Positions 25,022-38,299 of a DNA stretch of 64,000 nt are shown piece by piece. The DNA is from Octopus vulgaris (taxonomy: Eukaryota). A model generated the notes under the pieces. The model was not told where the DNA came from and searched no databases. It saw only the letters and a program-made list of their open reading frames with translations. The stretch lies in assembly GCA_951406725.2 (NCBI GenBank), contig OX597820.1, positions 41,168,001 through 41,232,000 of the forward strand. The letters are read 5' to 3'. The position numbers and the translations under genes were made by a program. Numbering within the stretch: the first letter of the stretch is position 1; every line of letters starts with the position of its first letter.

Positions 25022-25966
25022 TTATTTTAAAGCATTTTAAAGAATAACTGAAGGAATTAATGTTGGTCTAAATCTATACTGATAGTGGAGGCAAATTTGT
25101 CGTGAAATCCCAGTCAATTTGATCTTCACGATACACACTCAAGCACGCGCATGTATGCCTTTATATATCTATGAGGATATATGTGTATTACATATTGTAA
25201 AGGTTGGGATTTCACAATAAATTTGATACAACTGTCAGCATAGAGTAACAATGCTTCAGTTTTTACTTTTAAATGTTCTTCAGAATAATATAATACTATT
25301 TCAAAGCAGCTTTTTATAACCACTTATTAAGTAATATATTATAGAATAATGATAAATCTCAGAGATTTATCATTGTTTGATTTCACTTTTTCAATATCAG
25401 TGTCAAATCGACACTGGAAAAAGTATATGTACTTGTGAAGGGATCTGACTTCTCATCGACAACCATGATTGTCACACGCTGATAAAAGGTAAACACCTTG
25501 AAACTCGGGTACGTGTGTATCATGTGTTGAAGACGAGGAGGATGACTCCCATTCACAAATACTGACAGGACACAGATAGTGTGTATATAGCCAACTGGAG
25601 GAGATATCTTCCTGGGGCTACAAACTACAGTAGCATCCACCCTTATGGGTTAGCCATATTCAAATGGCAAATATGCAACACGATATTATAGAATAGTTTT
25701 TAAAATAATTATTTAAAAATCACTAAATTATGGAATCGAGGAGGATGGTAGTCGTGTAAAGTTAATACTTCATCAACTTATTTGCGTCCTAGCCACCGAT
25801 GAATCCTTTAGGTTTAGTTTCTTTCATTTTTCTTTCTTTGTTTCTTTTTTTTCTTTTCTTTTTTTGTTTAAAATTTTTGTCTGACAAATCTGTGTTGCCT
25901 CAAAATTAACTGATCATTTCAGCTATCCATAACGTTATAAATATCCCAGCCCTTTAAATATATAAC

Positions 25967-26280
<314 letters not shown>

Positions 26281-26923
26281 AGAGAAAGAATGAGACAGAA
26301 AGGAAGAGAGAGAAATATAGATGCGATTATATATTTGTGTGTTAGCGTGAATCCATGTTATTTGTGCGTGTGTGTATATATATATACATCGCACATGCAT
26401 ACACATACACGAAGAAAATAAATGTCTTGCAGTTCTTTTTATTTTCTCACAAAAGCAATGCTCTAAAACACGACTGGTCTCTATCATAGTTCGGTTAAGA
26501 ATCTATTCTGGAAATGTTCCTTTGAATTAAGTACTCTATCTATGAAGCACTCTAAGGAATATATCTACAAGTCACATCCTTGAAATGTTGGCAGTTGTTT
26601 TGCAATCTCATAAGATATCTGGCCAGGTCATGTAGGTGCCAGCTGTAGAGGAGTTACACATTGCTTTTGGTCTGTTGCCAAGTTGCCAAATACTATGTTT
26701 GTTGAACTCTGCTAGACCGCCAGCAGCAAATTATTCAGTACAAAGAAAAAAGTGGGGAACTTTCAAAGTGAGTATAGAAATCTTCATAGGAAACTACGCA
26801 GGTGTGAAGTGAATACAGCGAATTAATAGAAATAGAAGACATCAGAAGCCAGGCAGGCAAGACTGACAGATAGAGTTTCAGAGCCACATGCGCATGCGCT
26901 CTCATATTCGCACAAACCATACG

Positions 26924-26956
<33 letters not shown>

Positions 26957-27093
26957 GTGTGTGTGCGCGCACACACACACACACACAATGCACATACACA
27001 TCAGCATACGCACACATATACACACAGAAGGAAAGATGACTGAAAATACAAATGGAAATGAAAATATCGGGGCAATGTATGTGTGTGTGTGAG

Positions 27094-27138
<45 letters not shown>

Positions 27139-27270
27139 CACACATATATGCATATTAAAACTCTCGTTCTCTGTCTTTCTCTCCTCTCTTTCTTTCTCTT
27201 CCTCTTTCTAGATACACACACATGCACACACACCAAGCACATACACATATATATAGACATACAAACAGGC

Positions 27271-27353
<83 letters not shown>

Positions 27354-27500
27354 AAGATAGAGAGAGAGAATGAGAGAAAAGAGAAAGAGAAAGAGAAAAG
27401 AGAGAGTGAGAGAGAGAAAGAGAGAGAGAGAGATGACAGAATGAGAAGGAAGACGATACATATGGGTGATGCTGCAGATAGTGTGCATCACAGAGAGATT

Positions 27501-27572
<72 letters not shown>

Positions 27573-28102
27573 AGTAAACGCAAATAAGTATTGTGTCAGA
27601 AGGAGAGATGAAAAGGATGGATTATGAAAGAAGATCGTCTTTGGAGACTCAAATCACTGATGATGATGATGATGATGATGAGGGTGAAAAAGGAGGAGGG
27701 AGAAGAAAAAGCAATCAAGGGCAAGAGATTAGAAGAGCTGCGAATGCGCATGAAAAGGTGAACGTTACCTTTTATTGTAAGAAGGGAAAAGTAGACCAAA
27801 GTGGGTTTCATGTTATTGTTTAGCTAAGTGTTTGTTAAAATGTCTGACAAGGAATGTTTTAGTAAGAAGGGGAAAAAAAAACTAGAAAGAAAGAAAGAAG
27901 GAAACGATGAACGAACGAACGAGTGAATGAATGAGTGAATGAATGAATGAGTGAATGAAGAGAAAGAAATAGTGAGAAAGAGATAGAAAGCAGGAGTTAA
28001 GTAAGAGTTAGATGTACGAATGAGATAAACGCAGATGAGTAATGAACACGAGTGTACAACAAATAAATAATAATGCAAGAGAAAATGAAATGAAAATTAT
28101 AC

Positions 28103-28250
<148 letters not shown>

Positions 28251-29054
28251 GTATACTGAGGTGGACAATGTATTTATGAAAAAAAGATAGTGATTGAGAG
28301 AGGGAGAGAACTGAAGAGAGAAAGAAAGGGTGACTATTAATAACTTGGGAGTCAGAAAATTATGAATTAACGTTTACTAAATAAGAGGGCGCAAAACGCA
28401 GAAAACAAAGATAAAATAAGAAAGACCGAGTTAGAATGGAAGACGGGAAAAATGAAAGAATAAAGTAGAAGGAAGAAAATGAGTTCGAGAAGGGACAGAT
28501 ATAGGGAAGAAGAAAAAAAGAGAAAAAGAGAGAAAGTACACGGAGTTTTGCAGAAAGAGAAGGTAATAGAGGAAGCAAGTTAATAAAGAGACACAGACGT
28601 GGAGAGAGAGATGGAAAGAGAGAAAAATTGAGAAATGGGAATAAATGGACAAATAGATGAAGAGAAAAATAAGAAAAACAATTTCAATGTAGCGAAGGAG
28701 GGGAGCTTTCGTGCGGAGAGTCGATTTCATTCTGGTCGATACTTCATATTCGAAAATATTCTTGCCAAACCAATGATTTTCTCCTACTTCTGCTTCTTAA
28801 TAAGACTAAATTTCAGTAGAGCCCAACAGAGGCCAGATCTTGCAAGGAAGAGCAATGTGGAGAGGATAAAGGAAGGTCAAAATGGGAAAGTGGCAAAAAC
28901 AGATATCACTCTTTCTTGACCTGTAGAAGTTGAAATAAAGTTGCTAGATCTTTGAAACTACTTTAGAAGAGTATTGTTATTGTTTTGTTTTGATAGATTT
29001 TTGTTGTTAGATTTTGCTGTTCTTGTTGCTGCTGTCGTATTGATGAAGGTTTTA

Positions 29055-29184
29055 ACGACGACGAAGACGATGACGACAGTGGTGGCGGTGGCGGCGGTGG
29101 TAGCGGTGGTGGTAGTGGCGGCGGCGGTGGTGGTGGCTGCGGCGGTTGTGGTGGTAGTGGTGGTGATGATGATGGTGGTGGTGG

Positions 29185-29263
<79 letters not shown>

Positions 29264-29270
29264 GATGTGG
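29055..29270. repeat. (GGT/GGC)n-(GAT)n trinucleotide tract
   Basis: Directly visible; source of the poly-Met and poly-His ORFs. Confidence 0.9.
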
Positions 29271-30394
29271 AAGAAGAAAGGGAGAGGAATTAGGTTGAAG
29301 GAGACGAGTACCGAGATGATGGCGAGGAGCAGGATGTAGTGGCGGGAGAAGCTTTATTATTGTCTGAATTGTGAATATATTCCTGTGATGTGCATGTGGA
29401 TTATCATGTAATAACATTTTATTTTTGCTGTTGTTGTTTATACTGTTTCGTTGTCGTCGTCGTCGTCGTCGTCATCGTTGCACGTTTGTAAAAGCTATTG
29501 ACTTGGAAAACTTTGGAAATGTTTCAATTCACATCTTCGTCATCGCCGCCGCCGCCGCAGCCGACGTCGTCACCGTCGTCATCGTCGTCATCGTCATTCC
29601 TGTTGTTCTCCTTCATCTTCTTCTCCATCTCGCTTGCCAATGTTTCTTTATTGGCTGGGGATTATTCGTTGGTAGTTCCACATAAGGAACAAGGAAGAAG
29701 AGAGATTATAATGTGCAGGTGGTGCTGGATCAAGTTCTAGCGTTTGGATCCATACCTCAAGCTGTCATAGGTCATGTGAGTAAGGCATGAGATAACCGAA
29801 AGGATTCTTCCACGTGACTGGAAATGACACAGCGTTGTGGGAAGTTAGCTGGAAAAATCTATAATACTATTAATGCATTAATGTTTATTGTTCATGTAAG
29901 ACTATTCGCTTTCTCACCGACTTCTTGGCCGATCTTGCAAACACCTACTCAAAATATTAGCAGCAATATGCAGTGAGGTCTTTCGGAAGACAAGTAAGGT
30001 TAAGACCTCTACAAAACATCTTATTGATATATTTCAACAACATTTTAGCTTATTTTAGCCTAAACACTTCTGCAATTAATCTCTTGAATGAATAATTATG
30101 TGTATAGCTGTTTAGTATTTATCTGTATTTTGGTAATATTTTTACAACTTTTGTAATTATCTATGCAATAAATATACTCTTATATGCAGAGGATTATAGT
30201 TGGTCATGAATTTTTTCCCCTATCTTTTGCACAAAATGAGGATTTTGTTGGAAATCGAAAGAACGTGCGTGGCATGGGAATATTTTCAGGTTGAATTTCT
30301 GGGCCAATCATGCAGAAAAATGACATTAGTTACATTATACACAAGATACTTCACACGAAAGTATGTTGCTTGTGTTCTATGTTGTCGCTGAGTA

Positions 30395-30557
30395 TTTTTA
30401 GCCCAAGATCAGCTCTGACAGGGCGGTCCTATAATGAAAGGCCGTGCAGCCATAGTTACACTGTCTTCTATTCTTGAAAGTTAACATTATCCAATGTCAT
30501 CTTTTAGAGGTGACATGGATTTCTCTGCTGTTTTTAGCAGGTTGAACAACCACATAC
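30395..30557 (-). mobile_element. Degraded family D repeat
   Basis: TTTAGCCC..TCAGCTCTGA..ACATTATCCAATGT..TAGCAGGTTGAACAACCAC. Confidence 0.55.
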
Positions 30558-30616
30558 AATATTTTCATTACCTCTTACTGTATATTGTTTGCCAGAAACG
30601 GTAAATCATAATAATC

Positions 30617-30788
30617 CTTTCTATTATAGGCTAGATCGACCCCAGTGCTTAACTGGTACTTATTTCTTCGATTTCGAAATGATGAGAGGAGGGACTTCAA
30701 TGTCAGCCTCAGCAGAAGTTGAACTCGGAACATAAAGACGGAAGAAATGCCGCTGTGCATTTTGCCTGGTGTGTCAGGTCGCCGCCTT
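30617..30788 (-). mobile_element. Family A SINE, internally deleted
   Basis: ATCGACCCCAGTGCTTAACTGGTACTTATTT..TTGAACTCGGAACATAAAGAC..TCGCCGCCTT. Confidence 0.75.
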
Positions 30789-32754
30789 GGGAAATCATGA
30801 TAATGATAACTATTAATAAAGAAAGAATCAGTGATAGATTTCTCATATGTACACACGCACACACAGCCAGACACACAGACAGACGCTCACACATACACGG
30901 CGCAACACAACACAACAATATACACTCACTAACACTCGAAAAATGAAGTAGTTAGAGATGGGGAGGCAGGATATGGGGCCGAGATAACGTAATAAGTAAG
31001 TTGTTTAAATATTAGAAGATATTAAATATTAGAACATATATATAGATAGATATATTAAGAAGAGAAGGCGAGAGGATGTGTAAACGGTAGACACACATAC
31101 ACGCGGAGAACTATACAGTTTCGTATGTCCGTGTATATACTAAACTGTGAGTACACATATAAATTTAAGCTTAAGCTACTTTTGATTTAGTCTCTGTAGC
31201 TTTCTCATATTTATTCAAGAGAATACATGAGAGTACACAGCCAACTTTTTGATGTTGTAGAATTTCTAAGGGAAAGGACGTCTTTGTGCTCTGTCAAATC
31301 GTTCATTCATTCAGCAGCAGATGTAGTTGACGTTTGTATGGAAGATACATCAAATGCTAGTGGCGAACTTATTTTAATGGTCACTTGCTGATAAGCAAAT
31401 GCACAATAAACTGATCTATTGGTTAAATTCGTGAAGTTCAGATACGTCCAGTCGAGAGATTTAACTGTTGTTCGATTGAGGTCGTATTCCTGACAAATCT
31501 TCTTAGGCCCATTTACTAATTTCTAGTGACGATTTGTCAAAGAAAATTCAAACGAGCCTCTGTCAGTTCCTGAAGTATGGTTTTGGTTATATTCAATCTC
31601 TCTTTTCTCTTTTTTTTTTTTTTTTGGAAGCAATAAAACTATCAATGAAGAATACCAAAATAAAAAAAAAACAGGAAAGAGAGAGGAAAAGAAAGAAAAA
31701 GTAGGAAGAGTATTAGGTTTAAGGTGACAGGGAAATTTGATATGATATAAAACCTAACAGCTTCACTTCAAACTCTGATAGTAAGTTTTCTTTTATTTGT
31801 ATCAATATATAGTGTATCAAAAGTGAATAACACAAAAATACTTCAAAAGTGATCGATACTCAAGGAGATTAAATTTAGTCTTTAATATTGCACCATAAAT
31901 GTGATCAGAAGCGATATTGCTTTAATTCTACATTTGAATGGTTACTCACATTCATGTATTTCACAAGTGCCCCAAATTTATGTACTTCAAAAAGAATCGC
32001 AAAATCACACACCACAGGAAATGTATACCGTTGGTGAGTAAACAACAACAACAACAGAAACAAGAAGAAAAAAAAATCACAAGAACAGCAACATGAACTG
32101 ACATTAGAAAGAATGGCTTTCATAAGGTCTCATCTCTTTCCTTTTATTCAATCAAATAGTGTTTCTTTACTCTCAAGCTATATAAAATCCCGGTGCAGGG
32201 ATATAAAAAGTTTATGAAAAAAAAATTCAAAGCTTTATCAAGAGACAGGAGCGGATACGCTCTCTACCTCAGGGTAAAAAATTCAAAGAAGCTGTACTTC
32301 ACAGGCCGGCTTCGGCTGACTGCATTGCCTTTCTATTTTATATGAGATAGCCGGAAGCACAACTAAAGCCGTCCCATTGGTAATGTGATCCCACTAGAGA
32401 TTCAATTCTGATTTCTCAGATGATACACTCAACTCTAAATGAACTTTCACCCAATTAGCACCAATCTAAAGATTTTTTTATCTTTGCATCTTAAATCATT
32501 TCAACACAAGCGTAAACATATACATAATATGCAGACATATATGTATGTATATAAGAAAAAGAGAGAGCGATAGACAAAGATTTGGATACTTAAGTAACAC
32601 TTTCATATAATCAGTTATCAGTTCGATCCCGTTTCATGTATTATTTTTGTACTCGTTTCTATGAAACCTGCACACGAACTGTACATAAACAACTGCCTAA
32701 TGTATAACAGTTCTCTACACTTGGAGTTACCTTGCACGAGGGCTTCAGCAACAA

Positions 32755-32828
32755 CGTGTGACTAGGGTATGCGTGTGACTAGGATATGCGTGTGACTAGG
32801 ATATGCGTGTGACTAGGATATGCGTGAC
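32755..32828. repeat. 17-bp minisatellite CGTGTGACTAGGATATG x4
   Basis: Four units; the first differs at one base. Confidence 0.95.
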
Positions 32829-32952
32829 GTTGCTTATATAACATGAAGTAATCTAATATTAAACACCAAGGGAAAATTTACCCTGGGTATATATTTACCA
32901 CGCTGACACTAATGAAAGCTACATACCGCCCATATTTCATTTCTAACATTAA

Positions 32953-33399
32953 CAGGTGTGGCCGTGTGGTAAGGAACTTGCTTCCCAAACCACATAGGCC
33001 CGAGTTCAGTCTCACTGCATGGGTACCTTGGGCAAGTGTCTTCTACTATATTCTCGGGTCAACCAATGCCTTGTGAGAGTATTTGGTAGACGGAAACTGA
33101 AAGAAGCCTGTCGTGTATATATATATATATATATATATATAGATATAGATATGTCGTGTGTGTGAGTCTGCGTGTACGCGTGTGTGCGTGTGTGTGCCTG
33201 CGTGTGTGTGTGAGACCACCGTTTGGAAACCAGTGCTGGTATGTTTATTTTTAGCGGTTCGGCAAAAGAGACCGATCAAATAAATACCAGGCTTTAAAAA
33301 AACACTAGCACTAAGGTCGATACTTTCCACAAAAAGTTCCTCAAGGCGGTGCCCTAGCATAGCCACGGTCTAATGGCTGAAACAAGTAAACGATAAAAT
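32953..33399 (+). mobile_element. Family B CORE-like SINE, near full length
   Basis: CAGGTGTGGCCGTGTGGTAAG..ACCTTGGGCAAGTGTCTTCT..TTGGTAGACGGAAACTGAAAGAAGCC..CTGAAACAAGTAAA. Confidence 0.9.
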
Positions 33400-33419
33400 A
33401 TATTTTTGGTATTATTATT

Positions 33420-33645
33420 ATTGTTGATGCATAACCAATAGTCAACTCTGAAATATAAAGCATGTACGTGATCAACAAACACTTCAGTTGTGAACATACC
33501 ATCGTTTATTTTTCCCACGTAGTGTATCTAAGACTACATTGTCCACTGTGTTCTTCCTTCTTTTAGATAGTACAGCGAGTTTGAGAGTGATTATTGCAAT
33601 TTCTGGCAAATCGAGTGATCACATAGAATCCCCTCGTTGGGTTTC
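33420..33645 (-). mobile_element. Degraded family D repeat
   Basis: GTGTATCTAAGACTACATTGTCCA..TCGAGTGATCACATAGA..CCCTCGTTGG. Confidence 0.6.
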
Positions 33646-34670
33646 GATTCTTTTCTAGCAAAGACGAATGGAGCTATTTGATGTAAACTATTCCTACTCT
33701 ATATTATAAGTTATTTGATATAAGCTATGATTGGTGCCAAGAGAGATGAAAAGGTTAGTCAATCTTGTCTTTGAATGTTTGACAGGAAATCACTAAAGTA
33801 AATACTGCAAAGTCAGTTCAAGTGCACCAACTAATTCTGCTGCACCAGTGCAACTCACATTCTTTCCGGCCTCCACCTCTCTCTTTCTCTGCTTTCTCTC
33901 TCTCTCTCTCTCGCTCTCATACAATTACAAATGCAGGAAGAGAATGAAGTTAAGCAACTCCCGTCCTTTCATTGGAAAATAGGATAGAGATACCTCAGTG
34001 CCGTATATGAATGTTCTGGGTGAAAAAAGCATGAAATATGAAACAAAATAGGGTGCGGTCACAAGAAGGACTGAGTACCAAAAGGTATGGTTATTAATAA
34101 GGTTTTAGGAAATTAATGCAATTTTGTTTTTCTTTCATATATGTTCTACAGATAAATGGAAAGTAGCAAGAGGAAGAGTTAAAGGTGATGAACATATTCA
34201 GAGCCGACATGAAAGCTGGTGGATATTTTAGGAAAAGAGTAGAGTTTGGGGACAGAAGATAAAGAGAAAAGAATAAAGTTCGTAAAATGATATTCAATAA
34301 ACAGAGGCTTCAAGAAAATAATGAAAAAGAAACGCAATTAAGAGTGTCTACACAAACACACATCTATAACACGCAGGTGTGTGTGTATACATACATAGAT
34401 ACATACATACACACATACATGCTTAAATACACATACACACACATATAGGCAAATCGAAAATAAAAACAAAAACAGGAAAACAACAAAAGTTCAAAAGACG
34501 AACACAGTGAATATATTTGATGAAACATAACGGCCCCCACTGTAGTGTTTTCTTTATATCTTTATATATGTATGTATATATATATATGTGTGTGTGTGTG
34601 TATGTGTGTGTGTGTGTGTGTGTGTGCGTGCGCGTGTGCGCGCGTGCGTGTGCATGAGTGTATATGTATG

Positions 34671-34702
<32 letters not shown>

Positions 34703-35091
34703 CATATATGTATATACAATACATACATACAATGAAAGTTGATGTCAGATCATTAACCTCACTCGGTTGATGTTATCCTTCAGTCTAAAAGTGTCAATGA
34801 CTGTTTTCTGGTAGAGTGGGCCACATTACATTTATCAGAGCTTCTTATTTTTGCATGGGAAGAGGCGGAATTTATTTACAGCCCCGACATTTGTTCAAGA
34901 AAGAATTCCTCAAAATCAGATTATGTGACCACACAAAAACATAAACAATTACTTCAATGGATAGGATTTTGCCTACAAAATTCAGCCACAATTCTTTTGT
35001 AAAGATACTTTGCCAGGGAACCTTACAGCGGGATTGAACACGAGGTCATGGTACTGTGACGTGTATTTGTAAACGATAAAGTGATACCTGT

Positions 35092-35328
35092 ATTTATATC
35101 TTTACTACCCACAAGGGGCTAAACACAGAGGGGACAAACAAGGACAGACAAACGGATTAAGTCGATTACATGGACCCCAGTGTGTAACTGGTACTTAATT
35201 TATCGACCCCGAAAGGATGAAAGGCAAAGTCGGATTCGGCGGAATTTGAACTCAGAACGCTGCGGCGGACGAAATACCGCAAAGCATTTCGCCCGGCGTG
35301 CTAACATTTCTGCCAGCTCGCCGCCTTA
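35092..35328 (-). mobile_element. Family A SINE monomer (CCCTTGTGGGTAGTAAAG-tail type) inserted in a family B remnant
   Basis: Clean head and central domain. 22-bp TSD TAAACGATAAAGTGAT[A/G]CCTGT at 35070-35091 and 35329-35350. Confidence 0.9.
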
Positions 35329-35388
35329 TAAACGATAAAGTGATGCCTGTCGGACTTGTGACATCATTTTCATTATTAGTTTTATTTA

Positions 35389-35523
35389 CTACGTCTTGGC
35401 TATGTAGGCTCCAGGCTTTTTCAGATGTCTTGTGAATCATCTTAGTGTCTTATCCGGTACTGAAATCGGAACATCTAGGTGACTGCACTGAAGAAAGCTG
35501 GAGCGTACACAACCGAAACGTAG
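35389..35523. ncRNA. Inverted pair of degenerate hammerhead-like motifs (Penelope-type terminus)
   Basis: 35488-35523 reads CTGAAGA-A-AGCTG-GAGCGTACA-CAACC-GAAAC-GTA. The reverse complement of 35389-35424 matches it at 28/36 positions. Confidence 0.6.
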
Positions 35524-35879
35524 CGAAACCAACAACTAAGATGAAGGCACCAGTCTGGTCAAAGTAAACAGTATACATAATATAAATTCCTCATCTCAAA
35601 AGTATAGAATTGTACTGTACCTGTTTGTATTATCCTTGTTCCACTACCTAATAAATGTAAACGTAATAATGTATGTATGAATATGAATATGCTAGATTTT
35701 TATAACAAACGTAGATTTATGATTTTTATGGTACATGTTATATATTTGAATAAGGAGTTTCTGTTTGCACTGTGTTTATATGACTGTGTTCATTTGCGTG
35801 CATTTTAATATTTATATTTTCGTAACTTTCTTCCTCTGAATTCATTTATGATATAGATTTATGTCGTTGCAAAACATTT

Positions 35880-36900
35880 TGCGTATTCATAGCGGGTTGG
35901 AATCGTTTATGACAGCGATTGAAAAGTATCTTGCGGAGGTGTGTTCGTGTGAAATCCATAAAGTATTAGTACTGTATTTTATCGGTGTTCTGTCGATACA
36001 GCTGTTTGCCCTTCAGACATTTCTTCTACCTTCACGTTTCTTGCGATTAGCTGACGCAACATTTTCTTCTTGTTAGAACGTTTTCGCTTCTTTCTTTCAT
36101 CCAGAAACCTGTCCGTATACATAGTTTTATTTTCAACAGTTTATAGTGGATAGAAATCATTTGTGAAGCAGTAATTTGTTTAACCCTCACTTTTGAATTG
36201 GAAAGGTTTTTAATATACGCATCTAACTTCTCTCTCATATATGTATATGTAATACATAAACATATGTATACACACACACATACACGCTCACACATATGTC
36301 TATGTCAGTCCGCCTGCCTGTCTGTCTGCCCGTCTGTCTGTCTATCTCCCTCCCCCTTTCTCTCTAGATATATATATGCACACACATACACACGCGCATG
36401 TGTGTGTGTGTACAATTTGGTAGGGAGTTACTTCTATGTCATATGTTACGGGTGATTTGTAAGGTAACGGGTGATTTGTAGATTTGTAAGGTAAAAATCT
36501 CGGCACGCACGATTTGAAATCATAATAAGACGAAGTATTGTGAATTATTCAGCCTATCACTGTACCGTTCCTTTAATCTATACAAATCCAGATGAATAAT
36601 TTATCTACCGGGTTTAAACGAGCTTTGTTATGTTACTTATAACAAGTGACACGAAACCGTTTAACTGTCAGAACTTATTTCATAGTTTGGATAAACTTTA
36701 TAATTCGTAACTGACTATGTTATACTTTGTATTCGTTTGGGTATTCGCACCAGTTTTTAACTCTCCTTGTAGGAGTATTTGCAAATCTCTGTTCGTATTG
36801 TCCAGAGAAATTTTGATATTGTTTACCATTGACATGAAAATTTTCACATGGATTCTATACTAGCCTTTGTACCGTTATATCACGCATACACAATAATAAC
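35880..36900 (-). mobile_element. Highly decayed Penelope-like element (GIY-YIG C-terminus), split by microsatellite
   Basis: Minus-strand fragments NYVYGQ/TGFWMKER (~36090-36125) and terminal KRFQPAMN (35885-35908) resemble the YIGQTG..L.ER ... I..F.P.LN pattern of Penelope endonucleases. The upstream limit is uncertain. Confidence 0.45.
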
Positions 36901-37385
36901 CAGGCTTTTACGTGGTTACTAGTTTACTTGTTGCAAAAGCTGTCTGTGTTCATATCAACACTCATCATACAGTCTTTAAAAACAAAAGACAGGTTGAATA
37001 ACGTAAACCTAAATGCAGTGAATGTTAAGAGCATATGTCAGAAACCATATCCAATTTCAGCCATTCGCCTAGCTGTTCCGGATGGATTAGAAGTGAAGCT
37101 CTTGCGTTGCAAAAAATAGTCTGCAAGAGCTGATTGTGTTCTGACTAGTCAGCTGACTTGAACCATATCGCACTTCAAGTCGTGATAGAAGTAGTCGTAA
37201 GACGACCGGATTAACGCAAATATAGATAGAGTTTGGATTTGGAAAAGAGAAAGTGTATTTAGAGGATTTGAGTGTCGGACAGCGATACTTGCAAGCCAGG
37301 AAAATAACTGATGCAGAAACTTGAGAGGTGCAAATGATTCTTAGATTTTGTCACTACGCAAGAATATAAACAGTCACTCCTTTGG

Positions 37386-37485
37386 ACGGGCTTCTTTAGT
37401 TTCCGTCTACCAAATTCAGCCACAATACTTTTGTAAATGATACTTTGCCAGGGATCCGTACAGCGGGATTGAACCTGAAGTCATA
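37386..37485 (-). mobile_element. Family B SINE fragment
   Basis: ACGGGCTTCTTTAGTTTCCGTCTACCAAATTCA..CAGCGGGATTGAACC. Confidence 0.7.
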
Positions 37486-37519
37486 TCAGTTAGATAATAA
37501 ATTTGAAGACTACTGAAGT

Positions 37520-37950
37520 GAAGGTTAGGTCCTAGATAAAAGACGAGACATAATTGAAGAGTTGTTAGTGGGTGACCCGGTCCGAGGAATCCGGAGAGCA
37601 GTAGAGGAAGCAGATGTAATAGGAAGATTTGAATTGGACAAACTGAATGATTTTGTTACCAATATCCAGGAGAGAGAAAGAAAGGGCAAGGAGAGTAGAA
37701 TCATTATATACACAAAATAACAACTATTGCAGTGAAATTTGAAGAGAGTAGCCCGAGCTGACGAAATGGCTGTAGATAGCAGCGAAAGATTCCTATGTTG
37801 GCTCGGAATACGATATGAAGAACGTGGTATGTAGTACGTGTGTCGATGGAAGCTAGGGTAAAAGAAAATCGCCCCGTGAGTTTAATTTTAGTTTTTGGTG
37901 ACTAAGGAACTGTGGAGGATTCCGTAGCGTCGTAATTTCAGATATCCTGA
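37520..37950 (-). mobile_element. Decayed CR1/L2/Jockey-group RT fragment
   Basis: Minus-strand DI*..D, FYPS, YNDSTL (37691-37708; compare YADDSTL), VQFKSS and YLG occur in the expected order; weak. Confidence 0.4.
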
Positions 37951-38217
37951 TCTAGGGAGCTTGGTCCAATACTTGTTGTAGAGCGATCATTGTTAAGTGG
38001 TGTTGTTATACCGAGTGGTGTAATGTGCTGACCACCAACAAAAGGTGGGAATGCACTACTCCACGACAAGATTATATATAACTGTGACTCAAAATTATAC
38101 AATATGTATGCACCTATACACACATACACACACACATGCACACAGCTGACGAATTTGTGCCATGTTCGGTGAGATGTGTATATGTGCGTGCGTCCGTGTG
38201 AGTATTTTAAGTCCATG

Positions 38218-38299
<82 letters not shown>

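Noticed and set aside
32755-32828. CRISPR-like array
   Set aside because: Direct tandem units with no spacers, in a eukaryotic context with no cas genes.
37755-37810. CTGACGA...GCTGT/GCAGC-GAAAG hammerhead-like string
   Set aside because: Four extra bases before stem II, no adjacent stem I, and it lies inside a probable LINE RT remnant; likely chance.
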